Below, in pieces: positions 39,001 to 49,206 of a stretch of DNA of 64,000 nucleotides (positions are counted from its first letter, which is position 1; each line of letters begins with the position of its first letter). The stretch is taken from positions 32,001 through 96,000 of the IMG/VR virus record IMGVR_UViG_3300030333_008334; one strand, written 5' to 3'. Made by a program: the position numbers and the translations under genes. This DNA is from a virus. The notes under the pieces are model-generated. The model saw only the letters and a list, made by a program, of their open reading frames with translations, was not told the origin of the DNA and did not search any database.

Positions 39001-42000
39001 TTGACTGCGAGAATAAAGTTGCTAACTGCATGGTTCTAGTAACAGGATAGAAACCATAATATGGCATTAATTTCGTAATCGCATCAAATCTTAAAGTGAT
39101 GGCTCTTGGTCGGGCGCCGCCTCCGAGCGAAATATCTTCACCAACTTTGTTATGCATATAGTCCATAGAATCTGATATGCAATAGCGCCTTAAGAATTGT
39201 TCTCTCATTACACCAGTATTTTTGTATTGCTCTGTTAAAATTGAAGTGCCTGGGGGGAAATACAAGCTAGATGACATAGACCCTTGACCTCTTAAAGTAA
39301 ACAGGCCCGGGTTTGGCTTTGTATAGTCAAAATTATATTGGGCGTATTCATCCATATTTTCTGACATATTAAACTCAGCTAAAACTCCATAATCTTTTCC
39401 AAACACCCTAACATCTTCTATATAATCTTCGTAAGAATCATACCATGGATTTTTATTAGCAATCTTATTTGCACGATAATAAGGAGCGGTCTTGACATAG
39501 CCCAAGGCGCCTGAGAAATCTAATGTATTTGCAATATATTCTCCATTGCCGTTTGTGAAAGTATAGTGTTCGCCTATGATATTTGACTGAGAACTAACAA
39601 TGGCGTGACCTAGCCTTCCTGCTTTATGAATTGTCTCTGCACTGCCACTTTCTTTACCTGCGGGCGCGCCAGAAAAAGAAGAAGAAAGGCCGGCGACATT
39701 AAAATTATTGTAAGGATCTCTGAACAAGCACGGAGAAGCATAAGGCCTACGATAGCCGCCTCTGAACATTGTATCAAAAGTTGGAGGCGGCATGTTTCTA
39801 TATCCCTTCTGGCTCCATTCCGAGCCGCTATGAATTGTCATATATGCAGTATTGTCACTTATACCGCCCATAGCCGCATAATTATGCCTGGCGCCGAAAC
39901 TGTTGTTTGTATTTGTTTTCCAATTGTAAGCTCTAGAATTTATACTCGTTATTCTTCCTACAGTAGCAACACCGGGCTTGATTGTTCCTGTGCCAAAATT
40001 ATCTACTCCAGCTGCTTTTCCAACATATGGATCCATAAACGAAGCAGTGCCGCATGCCCAGTTTGCCGAGGCCCATGAAGTAAGAAAGTTCATCGATGGA
40101 TCTTCCGCTAATTCTCCTTTCATTCCAAACGTGCCTGACGTAAAATGATTGCCAAAAGTTGAACCAGAAATAAGATTATAGCTGCCGCGGAAAGTATGAG
40201 CTTTGAAGTATTGCCCCGTGGGACTAACGGCGGAGCTGCTAGTATCGACATGATGTCTCAGCACACCTTCATTGTCTCCTTCTTGCGCAGGGGGCAATCC
40301 AGAGCCGGCAGGTCGTGGCAAAACGCTTGATCGATTTAGAGAATCTAGTTCAGCACTTGAAGAAAATATTACAAGCCAATCCTGTTTATAAGTTGGGCCG
40401 TAATAACCTCCCTGTGGGATTAGTGGGGTATCGCCATGAAAACGATTATTTGTTTCTAATATGCCGCCGTATTTGCCATCATCCAAAGGCCAGGCTGATA
40501 AAGGCATGTCCATAAACGTAGATCCAATACTGGGATTACAGAACGGCAAAACAGTACCGCCAAAATCCATATTTTCACTTGCTGAAACCACATGATTGGT
40601 TAGTCGACCTTGAGCGACTGAAACTGCATCACAGAAAGGCATTGGCTTGCTTGGGTGGTAATCCATGAAATATGTACCATCAGACATTTTTGGGCCGCCA
40701 AAACGGCTAATACGCCAGCCCATTGAATTCGAAGCTGAACCTTCAGTTCTTAATCGATCTGGACTGTCTATTGTATGGCGATTTTTCCAGAAAGTATTAT
40801 GTGAAATTCTATCATAGCCTTTTTTACTGTGGCCTTCTATTTCTGAATATTCTGTTCTTACTCTTGTTTTATTTAAATACGTATGTTGTGCGCGGGGCCA
40901 AACAGTTTCTGTGTATCGATGTTTAAATACACTAGTATCATTTGCCATAACTTCGTATATTTTGTTTTCTGTTGACTCGTGATAATCATCGATTTCATCT
41001 AGTTGCAGTCTGGTATTTAATGCTTTATTGTCAAATTTAACAAGATTATTAGCATATGAATAGACATATGTAAATCCGGATTTTTCCGCAACCATAGGCT
41101 TAAATTTAGAAGAAACTGGAGGTTCCGTATACTTGTGTATTTTTAATCCGTCTGATTTAATCTTGCGATGCAAAAGAGATATCTCAGCCGCCAATGAGCC
41201 AAACTCTCTAGCTTTGTGCCAATCATAAGGCCTGGTATCGCCAATAACCCCTTCTTCTGTGGTCAGAGTAATAATATTACTTCTGCGTTGATGTCTAACG
41301 ATTGGATGTTCCCCAGTTCTAATTTGTTTCCAAGAAGGATAATGGTAAGGGCCATTTCTATGGTGAAGCAAGCTATTCAAAATGCTTCCCGGCATTTGAC
41401 TGCTTACGACCGCATCATTAGATGCTTTCCCTACGTAACCTAGGTGAAAAGCTGTAGGGTATGGGTTTTTTAGGCTGCCGGCGGAGGTGCGCAAACTCGG
41501 GTCGACAAAGTGGCCCAAAGTATTGGCGCTGGAAGTTATTGGCTCGTGAATGTTAATATTTAAACCTATAAAATCATTAACAAAAAATCTAGCATTCAAA
41601 GGAGTCCCATCGGCTGTTACTCCTAGAACAGGATTAGTAACATGCGTCGTGACGTATGATCCAATTTCGCTTGCAGATAAAAATGTAAATTGATGAGATG
41701 CAGTTGCATGGCCCCATGGAGCAGTTGGCTTGTTGCTGTTTGCGCTTGAGGCCAGTGCGTATACATGATTATAAGGCTGTTTTTGTTTTTGACTTAGAGA
41801 TCTCCATATCCAATTATATTGAGTATCGCTTCTTGGAATTGTATGTTGCACAAGCCAGTTATCATTTTGTGTCTTATAGGAAGTTGCTTCTTGGCCATCA
41901 TAATTGTACTCATAATCGGCTTGTGGATTATAAGGCCTTAAGTAACCACTTCCTGAAGTGTAAAGTCTATAGCCAGGATTTCTATTTATTTTGTGGTAAG

Positions 42001-45000
42001 AAGCAGTTAAGAAATATCCTGTGTCTCCGTAGCGAGAAACTGGATTTTCAGCACCTGGGGCGGTATGAGTTGCGCCATCTCGCAGTCCAAATTTCTCACT
42101 GTGACGTACTAGAAGGCTAGCGGAACCATAGTTTGCTAAGAATCTTCTAGTTGCCCAGTTTCTCCACGGCAAAGCGTTGTATACAGAAAAAGTCTCAGAA
42201 GCCCTATCTAGATATCCCCTAGACAAAGTTGCGGGATCGCCTGGAGCGGAGAATCTTTCAGCAATGACTGTTTTGTTTCTGCTGCCATCTTTTAATTTTC
42301 CTCGATCGACTAATTGATAATCTTGGATGCCTAAGACTGCATCTAATTTGGATAATTCATCAGTAACACCGCCTTCTCCGTCGACACCTTCACGAATCCA
42401 TAGGTTGTTGACATTTCTACCTGAAGTTTGTACAACTTGGTAGTTATGTTCATAATTACCTATAATTGTTGGTAGCTTTTGATGACCTTTTTGTTCCTCA
42501 ACCACAACCTCGCCATTGTTTTTCGCAACAGCACCCGGCAATTCGGTCGCGGCCTGATGCTTGATATTTCTAATATTAACCGGTCGTTTCGCGTATTCAT
42601 CTCGATACATTGTTGCGCGGGGGCGATCTAAGTTTATAACCAGTCCAGAATTAGCATCGTATCTAAGCATTTTTTTATAGTTAATGTCGTATAATGACAT
42701 TTCTGCGTTTTCAGTTACAAAGGCAGTTAAATTGATATTATCAATCGCAACATAGCCCAAATATCCATAAGCAGGATGTCCAAAATTAACAAATCTTATG
42801 TGAAAACTGGTACCTATGTAAGAGGTCAAATCAACAGTCGCTTGACGCCATGCAGAGCCTTGGGCACCTAATAAAGAAGTTGCGCTGACGCCATTCCAAC
42901 TAGTTGTCAAGGTTGTATAAGTAGATTTATCTGCTGTGTGCTGTAGTAAGAGTTCACCAGGATTTGGCCCTATCATTAAATAGAAAAATGTCAACTTTGG
43001 CCCGGGTGTTTTAGCGGGATCAACATTCGTTAAATCAATCTTCGGCGTTGTAAACTGAAACTCTCTTACGTTACTATAGTTTGTTGTTTGCTCAATGGTA
43101 GTTGCCGGTGGAATAATCGTTGTGCCATGGCCAGCATTGCCGACAATAACCGCAGTGGTATAATTTTCTGGAGTTACTAGCATTCGATAGCCATTTTGAG
43201 ACGAATAGCTCGTTCCGCCGTGAATAAAGTTATTTTTTAAATTAAAACCAAAGGAAGGAATTCCTGCTCCGGGGCCTCCATAATCTATATACTTTTCAGA
43301 TGAATTTGTTTTTGGACGATTATCAAAACCGCTGTCAGCGTTAAATTCAGTCACTGAACTATAGCCATCAAAATCTTCTTTCAAAAGATTGACAAGTGTT
43401 GTGTTGTTATATGGCTTTCTAAGATACCAGCCCTCTGGGCGTGTGGCTTCGGTATCAATACCGCGAATAGAAGAACTGTAATTTATATCAATATGTCGAT
43501 ATTGTAAACCACCGACATATTTTTCAGTAAATGGGCCTTGCATTGGCGCCTCATTTCCAATAGTATATTTATCTTCATGAATATTCGTTATATCTATCCT
43601 AGAGGCAGTAACAAATGAAGCATAGCCTCCTTCTCCCAAAGAAGAAGAATATACAGCGAATGGAACAATTAAATTAGCTTTTGATTTACCATAAGAATCT
43701 TGTGTATTTGTATCTGTAGAAACTCCTTTGCTAAAGACTTCGGCAGTTCCTTTTATCTTTACCTTATTGTTTAAAGTCTTATCATCTTTACATACTGGAT
43801 ATTGTGATGAATCTTTCTTAATTGTAATAAAGGATGTTCCGTCTTTAAATTTAATTGCTTGTCGATGATATCCAAAAAGATTATTTGAGTCTTTATTAGA
43901 CCCACCATCTAAATGCTTAGAAGTGTCAATAGCGAACTTATAAGGCTTAGACAATCTTCGAAGAGCATATGTTGACCCTTTATATGTTACGCCGGCGGCG
44001 TCTTTTCTGCGAGGACCTGAAGCACTGTTTTCTGTTGTTACAACATCTTTTATAGTATTTCGTTGGCTGTCGACTGTTGTGTTGCCAGAAGTTAATGCAG
44101 CTGAATCTCTTTCGGCGCGCTCTGAAAACCACAGACAGCCTTTGTCTTGACCCAAGGAAGAGGTAGCATGACCAAATTTCCAATTATAGGTAAGTTCATT
44201 AATACCAAAAATCTTACCCTCGGGTGGGTCTTGGTTCATCTCTAGAGTTGGAAACTTATTCCAGTATTTGTTTCTTTCCAGAACATGACTTTCGATCATG
44301 TTTCTTAAACTATCACTCACGTTAGCAGATGCCGGCAGCAAATCGTGGATCATGCTTATAATTGCTGAATCAAACCACTTGTAATAATTTAAATATTTCT
44401 CTATATCTGGAGTGTTTTGAACTTTTTCAAAGAAAAGCTGGCGAAGCTTGGCCATCTCTTTGTAGTCTTGTCGGTATCTATTGACAGGATCGCCAATCAC
44501 ATTGTTGAAATACTCTACAGTATCAAAGAAGTTTATCATCTCTTGAGAGATCGTTTGATACATACTTTTCTCTAGAGCAACATAATATTGAATTGGTCGA
44601 CTTTCTCTTGTGAATACATCATCATCTTGAGAGACAATGTTAATCATATCATCAGAATTGATTAATTCCGGCAATTGTTTTTTTGCAGCTGGAATATAAA
44701 ATTTATCAACAATCTTATTGCTGCTGGTTACAAAGAACTGTCCTTTGGCGTCATGTTGCTTATCAACAATATTGGCAAACAAAGTTGGATATCTAGATCT
44801 ATAATTATTTGAACCTGAAGAATAGTCAACCACATGAAACGTTCCGTCAGCAGCCGAAGAAGTTACGTTTTCAAAATCCCAATTTAATATTAAAGTCTCT
44901 ATTGGTCGAATTCTAGATCCAGACATCTGTGTCTGGCTAAAAAGAGAATTTCCATAATCGTGAGGACGTCCAAAGTTTGCGGGATCTAGAGCATGCGCCT

Positions 45001-47677
45001 TCACAGACCCTGTTGTAAGATGGTCTAGCCAGGCACGTACATGGCCTATTTTCACGTCGGAAGAGATTAGGGTACTTCCGGTAAAGTCTAAGCGTTGGGC
45101 GCCGGCATACATCCTTTTCGGGGCCGATACGAACTTTCTACCAGATTGATAATCCAAGCTCTTTGTAAGGTGGAATTCGTTGATAATATGTCCCAATTCT
45201 CTGTTGACGCCATAAAATTCTAATTTATAGCCAGTAGTTGCGTCAATAGATCCAGAGGAGCCAGATACCAAGTCGATATATTTCTTTTCAGGGCTAACTG
45301 AGACTGCAAAATTCCATTTTGAGTTATCGTAGACTTCATTAAAATAACCAGAGGATAGTGTCACAGATCCACTTAGATCAACAGCGAAACGTGCATCAAA
45401 AGGATTAGTCTGACTCTTTACAGAGTAAACTTTAAACTGCGCGTGATCATTTGCCGAAGTGGCTCCGTCCATCCACTTGATAGTAGTTGCACTATTATTA
45501 TCGACCTGTCGAGCACCAAAAATAGAACTTGTGCCTAGAATTGGCACTTCTCCAAAAATTTTATTATTTGTAACTTTTTTTGGAAAAATAGCTTCGGCTT
45601 CCGCAGAGAAAGAAAAACCATGTAAATATTCATCATTGAAAATATTTGTACCACTAATAAAGTTAACAGAATTAGGATTGGATGCATCAGTGCTTTGGTA
45701 AACTGTTGCGTCAAAAGCAGTTTGATTTAATGGTGCTTTAAAAATAAAGTCATTAAAGTCAACATATTTGTTGTCAACTGAAAGTTCTCTATAATTGTCC
45801 TCAAACAGATAAGTTGTATTATCCCCATATAGATTTATTTTAATCAACTCATCGTCGATCCCAAAACATCTTAAAACATTACGTAAGGATCTTTCTGTTC
45901 CTTTTGATTTATAAATTGGCGTTAGATTATTATATATATTTTGATATATAAAGTTCTTAAGCTCTTCTAGCTTCATTCCGAAAGATGCACTTTCATTACG
46001 ATCGTAAAACCTTTCCAAGGCTGTTACGTCTGTAAAAATTTGTGAAGTATCAAAACCGTAGGAATGCAAAAGTTTTTCAGTAAAAGGTTTTGGCTTATCA
46101 GTAAAAGTAGCTCCTAGGCTGCTGCTAGGATATCCTAGATTTTTTAATTTAGGCACTTCATCGATTTGAAGCTGAACAGTGTCAAAATGACTGGCCAATA
46201 TTTGTGTTAACTTTTTCAGTACTTCTGAGCCACCTATTGTAGGATCGGTATCGCCTTCTATAATCCAGGAAGGCAAAGTATTGAAAATAGCAGAATTATT
46301 TTCTTGATCCCACTCTTTACCTTCTTGCACTTTTCTTGCATAGTAAGAACTAACACTTGGATGACTTGAATATATAATAGGATCTTTATATTCAGAAGTA
46401 ACATGTCCAGATTCTACCATCGCAGATTCTGTGTGTCGTGAACCTGCTTGATATCCAACCCAATTTCCGTTTGATATTCTACCAGAATAATCTAATACAA
46501 CAGAGTCTTTAGTTGAATTTCCAACAACACCTTCATTAAATTTAAAGTATACGCCCAGATTCACATTAGAAGTGTCTGTGTTGGTGCCGCCTCCAACTTG
46601 AAATTTCCAAAACCGTCTAATTTCTTTTGGAGTCCTGGCTGTCTTCCAAAAGCGAAATTCATCCAAGGAAGCAGAAAGTGTATTCCATCCTAAATCGCCA
46701 ATCGCTCCACTAACTGCGGCTTGAGCACCAATCGTAGCAAAGTTTCCATTGAATTGTCCAAAAGTTTTGCTGCTTTTTATTTCAGACTTTTGTACACCAT
46801 CAGTAAAAAGTCTAACACGTGTTTGATTACTTTCTTCATCAAAAACAAAAGCATAATGATGCCAAGTTGAATCTTTGAAATCAGCCAACCCAGAAGCAAT
46901 TGGTAATTCAAAATTATCATGTGCGGGGCCTGAACCAGAGTGACACATAATATAGAAATTAGCATCGGCCGACGACAGACTAATTCGCAAACGACCATTA
47001 TCCCACGCTGGATTTCCGTCAATAGAGCTACTAGTCCATAAGTCGAATATTGTCTCTTTAAGAACTCCTGGGGATGAAGAATGGTCAGCAGCCCAGCCAG
47101 TCTTTTTCATCCAAAATTCAATTGTGTTTCCACGAGTTGCAAAATCTACTTTTAGATTACTATCACGATTTGATCCAGTGTGCCAAATATTTGCTTTACT
47201 TAACTTAATATCATCTTTATAAGTGTAAGCACCTTGAGGACCATGAGGGCCGCCTTTAACTAAAATATATTCTGGATTGTTATTTTGCCAGTTTTGCGAT
47301 GAAATGCTTGATGCATTAATAGAGAAATTTTTACCAATCTCAACATATCCATTTGTTCTTGGGTATTCTTTTTCAAAAATAAATCTCTGTAAAAAAGACC
47401 CAGTGTTGTGCCAAGATATTTTTTCTTTTAATGAGCCGTCATATGGAAAAGTTTTATAAATATTGCTAATAGTATCGGCATAGTACATTTCTGCCGAGCC
47501 ATATCTTGCAAATGCTTGTGGCTTGGTAAAATCTACATTAGGAAAAAATCTTTCAGTATCTTTTTTATATTCCGCAACAAAGCTGGCAGATTCCATGCCA
47601 TCATCTAGAAGGTTATCTAGTGTTTTGGAAGAAATGATTTTTCCACCATTTTTATTAAAATAATCTTTAACGCTCAT
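36023..47677 (-). CDS. Giant (3884 aa) baseplate wedge-like protein with LamG and MAM-like domains
   Basis: LamG-type TIEFWMK...WHHYAFVF...LDEFRFWKTART; IYKSKGTERSLRNVLRCFG (gp7/P2 gpI-type motif); second LamG-like unit; MAM-like LTFFYLMIG...WRQATVDL...VAIDNINL. Confidence 0.75.
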   Translation of the reverse strand: MSVKDYFNKNGGKIISSKTLDNLLDDGMESASFVAEYKKDTERFFPNVDFTKPQAFARYGSAEMYYADTISNIYKTFPYDGSLKEKISWHNTGSFLQRFIFEKEYPRTNGYVEIGKNFSINASSISSQNWQNNNPEYILVKGGPHGPQGAYTYKDDIKLSKANIWHTGSNRDSNLKVDFATRGNTIEFWMKKTGWAADHSSSPGVLKETIFDLWTSSSIDGNPAWDNGRLRISLSSADANFYIMCHSGSGPAHDNFELPIASGLADFKDSTWHHYAFVFDEESNQTRVRLFTDGVQKSEIKSSKTFGQFNGNFATIGAQAAVSGAIGDLGWNTLSASLDEFRFWKTARTPKEIRRFWKFQVGGGTNTDTSNVNLGVYFKFNEGVVGNSTKDSVVLDYSGRISNGNWVGYQAGSRHTESAMVESGHVTSEYKDPIIYSSHPSVSSYYARKVQEGKEWDQENNSAIFNTLPSWIIEGDTDPTIGGSEVLKKLTQILASHFDTVQLQIDEVPKLKNLGYPSSSLGATFTDKPKPFTEKLLHSYGFDTSQIFTDVTALERFYDRNESASFGMKLEELKNFIYQNIYNNLTPIYKSKGTERSLRNVLRCFGIDDELIKINLYGDNTTYLFEDNYRELSVDNKYVDFNDFIFKAPLNQTAFDATVYQSTDASNPNSVNFISGTNIFNDEYLHGFSFSAEAEAIFPKKVTNNKIFGEVPILGTSSIFGARQVDNNSATTIKWMDGATSANDHAQFKVYSVKSQTNPFDARFAVDLSGSVTLSSGYFNEVYDNSKWNFAVSVSPEKKYIDLVSGSSGSIDATTGYKLEFYGVNRELGHIINEFHLTKSLDYQSGRKFVSAPKRMYAGAQRLDFTGSTLISSDVKIGHVRAWLDHLTTGSVKAHALDPANFGRPHDYGNSLFSQTQMSGSRIRPIETLILNWDFENVTSSAADGTFHVVDYSSGSNNYRSRYPTLFANIVDKQHDAKGQFFVTSSNKIVDKFYIPAAKKQLPELINSDDMINIVSQDDDVFTRESRPIQYYVALEKSMYQTISQEMINFFDTVEYFNNVIGDPVNRYRQDYKEMAKLRQLFFEKVQNTPDIEKYLNYYKWFDSAIISMIHDLLPASANVSDSLRNMIESHVLERNKYWNKFPTLEMNQDPPEGKIFGINELTYNWKFGHATSSLGQDKGCLWFSERAERDSAALTSGNTTVDSQRNTIKDVVTTENSASGPRRKDAAGVTYKGSTYALRRLSKPYKFAIDTSKHLDGGSNKDSNNLFGYHRQAIKFKDGTSFITIKKDSSQYPVCKDDKTLNNKVKIKGTAEVFSKGVSTDTNTQDSYGKSKANLIVPFAVYSSSLGEGGYASFVTASRIDITNIHEDKYTIGNEAPMQGPFTEKYVGGLQYRHIDINYSSSIRGIDTEATRPEGWYLRKPYNNTTLVNLLKEDFDGYSSVTEFNADSGFDNRPKTNSSEKYIDYGGPGAGIPSFGFNLKNNFIHGGTSYSSQNGYRMLVTPENYTTAVIVGNAGHGTTIIPPATTIEQTTNYSNVREFQFTTPKIDLTNVDPAKTPGPKLTFFYLMIGPNPGELLLQHTADKSTYTTLTTSWNGVSATSLLGAQGSAWRQATVDLTSYIGTSFHIRFVNFGHPAYGYLGYVAIDNINLTAFVTENAEMSLYDINYKKMLRYDANSGLVINLDRPRATMYRDEYAKRPVNIRNIKHQAATELPGAVAKNNGEVVVEEQKGHQKLPTIIGNYEHNYQVVQTSGRNVNNLWIREGVDGEGGVTDELSKLDAVLGIQDYQLVDRGKLKDGSRNKTVIAERFSAPGDPATLSRGYLDRASETFSVYNALPWRNWATRRFLANYGSASLLVRHSEKFGLRDGATHTAPGAENPVSRYGDTGYFLTASYHKINRNPGYRLYTSGSGYLRPYNPQADYEYNYDGQEATSYKTQNDNWLVQHTIPRSDTQYNWIWRSLSQKQKQPYNHVYALASSANSNKPTAPWGHATASHQFTFLSASEIGSYVTTHVTNPVLGVTADGTPLNARFFVNDFIGLNINIHEPITSSANTLGHFVDPSLRTSAGSLKNPYPTAFHLGYVGKASNDAVVSSQMPGSILNSLLHHRNGPYHYPSWKQIRTGEHPIVRHQRRSNIITLTTEEGVIGDTRPYDWHKAREFGSLAAEISLLHRKIKSDGLKIHKYTEPPVSSKFKPMVAEKSGFTYVYSYANNLVKFDNKALNTRLQLDEIDDYHESTENKIYEVMANDTSVFKHRYTETVWPRAQHTYLNKTRVRTEYSEIEGHSKKGYDRISHNTFWKNRHTIDSPDRLRTEGSASNSMGWRISRFGGPKMSDGTYFMDYHPSKPMPFCDAVSVAQGRLTNHVVSASENMDFGGTVLPFCNPSIGSTFMDMPLSAWPLDDGKYGGILETNNRFHGDTPLIPQGGYYGPTYKQDWLVIFSSSAELDSLNRSSVLPRPAGSGLPPAQEGDNEGVLRHHVDTSSSAVSPTGQYFKAHTFRGSYNLISGSTFGNHFTSGTFGMKGELAEDPSMNFLTSWASANWACGTASFMDPYVGKAAGVDNFGTGTIKPGVATVGRITSINSRAYNWKTNTNNSFGARHNYAAMGGISDNTAYMTIHSGSEWSQKGYRNMPPPTFDTMFRGGYRRPYASPCLFRDPYNNFNVAGLSSSFSGAPAGKESGSAETIHKAGRLGHAIVSSQSNIIGEHYTFTNGNGEYIANTLDFSGALGYVKTAPYYRANKIANKNPWYDSYEDYIEDVRVFGKDYGVLAEFNMSENMDEYAQYNFDYTKPNPGLFTLRGQGSMSSSLYFPPGTSILTEQYKNTGVMREQFLRRYCISDSMDYMHNKVGEDISLGGGARPRAITLRFDAITKLMPYYGFYPVTRTMQLATLFSQSIGPFLSCSLDNLSVNKKTYLGYHHSKEVWEHGDAVSGGIAYTPAGTYVERGAEFITASAHPTYELMGSKGTTSYPHRGLNYGLKDGVHFSTRLFDLAAAGHEGAKGWKQALIDVHQAGKMQSMLQPTFAPGIMFNTIKSGVAVDYPIYINQREPAVTNFVTEIGDGIKLKDHTDGAILIDAPNYRLPFETLYDLSNIPSAPPEGLGEVPKIYYTEPTWHMCGTDDQGNAKLGKEMAGSFYAAWTGERGPLYEKAANNFLSEIPNFFLKNSGLTSFTSARSSQIKPMVRDRTYLMNVSIEIFDQYRPGGPSPESPQAGSEFVMAEGPRKPLVPITDRQTQYQPLPRRGSIFGPALLKWSDKADASNGKSWTGGPTATGSITTLIATDSAQPDVEGTSYGTSGELYNLTSHETDPCYAPYTPPYYYGKAVYKMAYTHQPDAGSQLGNLVAEVDGALGAAPMQAAIPTLEEIITNIQTNSVSEEYNLFDRPVYYRDDGTPVLAKDVALTLDSSSPSTGSRGHTAYKHRMKVSSSLDLFKIKEVLFQAPDGSTKKEKVWEISTKFECPVINLAESSYVGTGRHRPDLTHEQQKDNANKGYFSDRTGRSIWMGYSNTDNVDGFGNETTTLSDGTVVSFPRRGVKITLSDATNNPEESLLNVAGFRNGPNADEEQELSKYIGQIANSKTVTEAIVAIPFLENELPGVTYSPFTKYGVNIHFIKIHPDEYYAQYENFTSGKPAVHVDLASQVLGSKNAHSKMDLTFPAEDIGETSISRMINMMDQYVIPPELDFYHRGIGSKDLPSGKKYLLTRQRFMNNQEDGIDPFIMYIHEFSRQLDNKDLGDIWQNLLPDAGMRAKKEASVLSHAMSGDRSNYEFWGRLDHLNTKIAEGQWSGNHRQENINENSKTLKKIFGPTQQYGGVKWLIFKVKKRANMSMRQLKNKNEVSSLFQVDNVGNLAGGSSVSEDVRLQSRYNYNWPYDFFSLVETAKLSVEYEL

Positions 47678-49205
47678 CTTTCTCTATTCTAAACCTAAAT
47701 TTTTCGTTTTGCTCGTGATATTGGCCATTTGAATAATATGAAAATTTTATTTCATACATATAATCTGATTCTAGCAAGCTCATATCTAAATCAAAATAGT
47801 TACCTGAAACATCTATAGAAAGTCTAGTGTTGTACATTTGATTAGAGCCTGTACCATACGGAATAACTTCTAAATCATCCGCCACTCTTATAACTTTATA
47901 GAAAGCATCTTCAACCGGCTCTGCTGTTGCTTTTGCTGACGCTTTAGTATATATTGTCGGACACCAGTTTTTAGCCCTAGTAAATAATCTTAATCTAGGT
48001 ATTTCATCTCTATTGTAAGCCGGCTTAAGATTTCTAATATTTGTCACGTAACTATCTGATGGGTCATTATAACTGTTGGCAGAATAATTTTTAATCTTTA
48101 AAGTTCCTGTGAAGTATTGATTACTTCCACTGAACCAGACATCATGCAAAATAGACGCAGTAGTATTGACTGCGATGCTGGCAGAATATATGCCAGTCTT
48201 ATTGTTGCATATGCCGCCAGTAACAGGTGTAGTTGGCAATATGGTTAGAGGGTCGCCAACAGGAGATCCATTTGAATCAGCATAAAGATTCACATATATG
48301 TTTTGTGAATTATTGCCTAGAGGAATATTTTTAAGCTGCCCTCTGACGTAATTATAAAGATAAATTTTATTTAGATTATCTGCTGGGGATACTAAAGAAC
48401 TGCTAGCATAAAAATCTGATCTTCTATCTTTTATTGAAGAATCCCATTGTGCTTCAATGCATGGTTTTTTATAAAAGAACTGCGTTCCCCTAGCAAAAAA
48501 CTTTTTAGTGTAGTATGATCTGCGAGGATTGTAACTGGCGCTTTCATAAGCGCCAGACAGTCTAATCAGCAGACCATCGTATTTCTGGTGGTTAGAACCG
48601 CTTGGACAGTTTCGTAACCAGGCCTCGACCCAATTTGTCATATCAACATTTAAATCTTCATTGCCTTTTTCAAAGTATGCGCTAGCAGTCAGCACAATTC
48701 CAGAAGAATCTAGCCTGTGATAATCTAAATCTCCCGAAGCGCCCAAGGCATTCCATTGCTGATCAGTTCTAGCATTTTCCCAGTTAGAAGACCCAGAATT
48801 CGTATAGCCTTCCATGTCCAAGCCATAACCCTCTGTCCAGCCTTCATTCTGCTGAGGATCGACGCTTTCCGGCCAGTGCTGTGTATTGATTGGTAAAATA
48901 TGTAAATAATATTTTTCTGGTAGTGTTTGTGAATGTTTGGCATTAAACATTTTAAGATAGAACTTAACGTCGCCTAAAGCAGGAATATCTTTTCTATTAC
49001 GAGAAGCAGAAATTTCTGCAATGGGAAAGCTTATTAAAATTCTAGATTGCTCTAAAGATTGACTGCTGGCTTGACCATAAATTGAAAAAACTTCTAGAAT
49101 ATCAGACGCACCCATATTTGCCTGACTACCAGAATCAATTAAGTTTGATTTATAGGCATTAGTTATTGTATTGTCTTTATCAGCGTAAAACCTTTTGATT
49201 CCCAT
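47667..49205 (-). CDS. Structural protein with DNRLRE-like beta domain
   Basis: ADKDNTI...NMGASDILEV...SRILISF...FYLKMFN...WTEGYG; follows gp6. Confidence 0.55.
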   Translation of the reverse strand: MGIKRFYADKDNTITNAYKSNLIDSGSQANMGASDILEVFSIYGQASSQSLEQSRILISFPIAEISASRNRKDIPALGDVKFYLKMFNAKHSQTLPEKYYLHILPINTQHWPESVDPQQNEGWTEGYGLDMEGYTNSGSSNWENARTDQQWNALGASGDLDYHRLDSSGIVLTASAYFEKGNEDLNVDMTNWVEAWLRNCPSGSNHQKYDGLLIRLSGAYESASYNPRRSYYTKKFFARGTQFFYKKPCIEAQWDSSIKDRRSDFYASSSLVSPADNLNKIYLYNYVRGQLKNIPLGNNSQNIYVNLYADSNGSPVGDPLTILPTTPVTGGICNNKTGIYSASIAVNTTASILHDVWFSGSNQYFTGTLKIKNYSANSYNDPSDSYVTNIRNLKPAYNRDEIPRLRLFTRAKNWCPTIYTKASAKATAEPVEDAFYKVIRVADDLEVIPYGTGSNQMYNTRLSIDVSGNYFDLDMSLLESDYMYEIKFSYYSNGQYHEQNEKFRFRIEKDER

Positions 49206-49206
49206 T

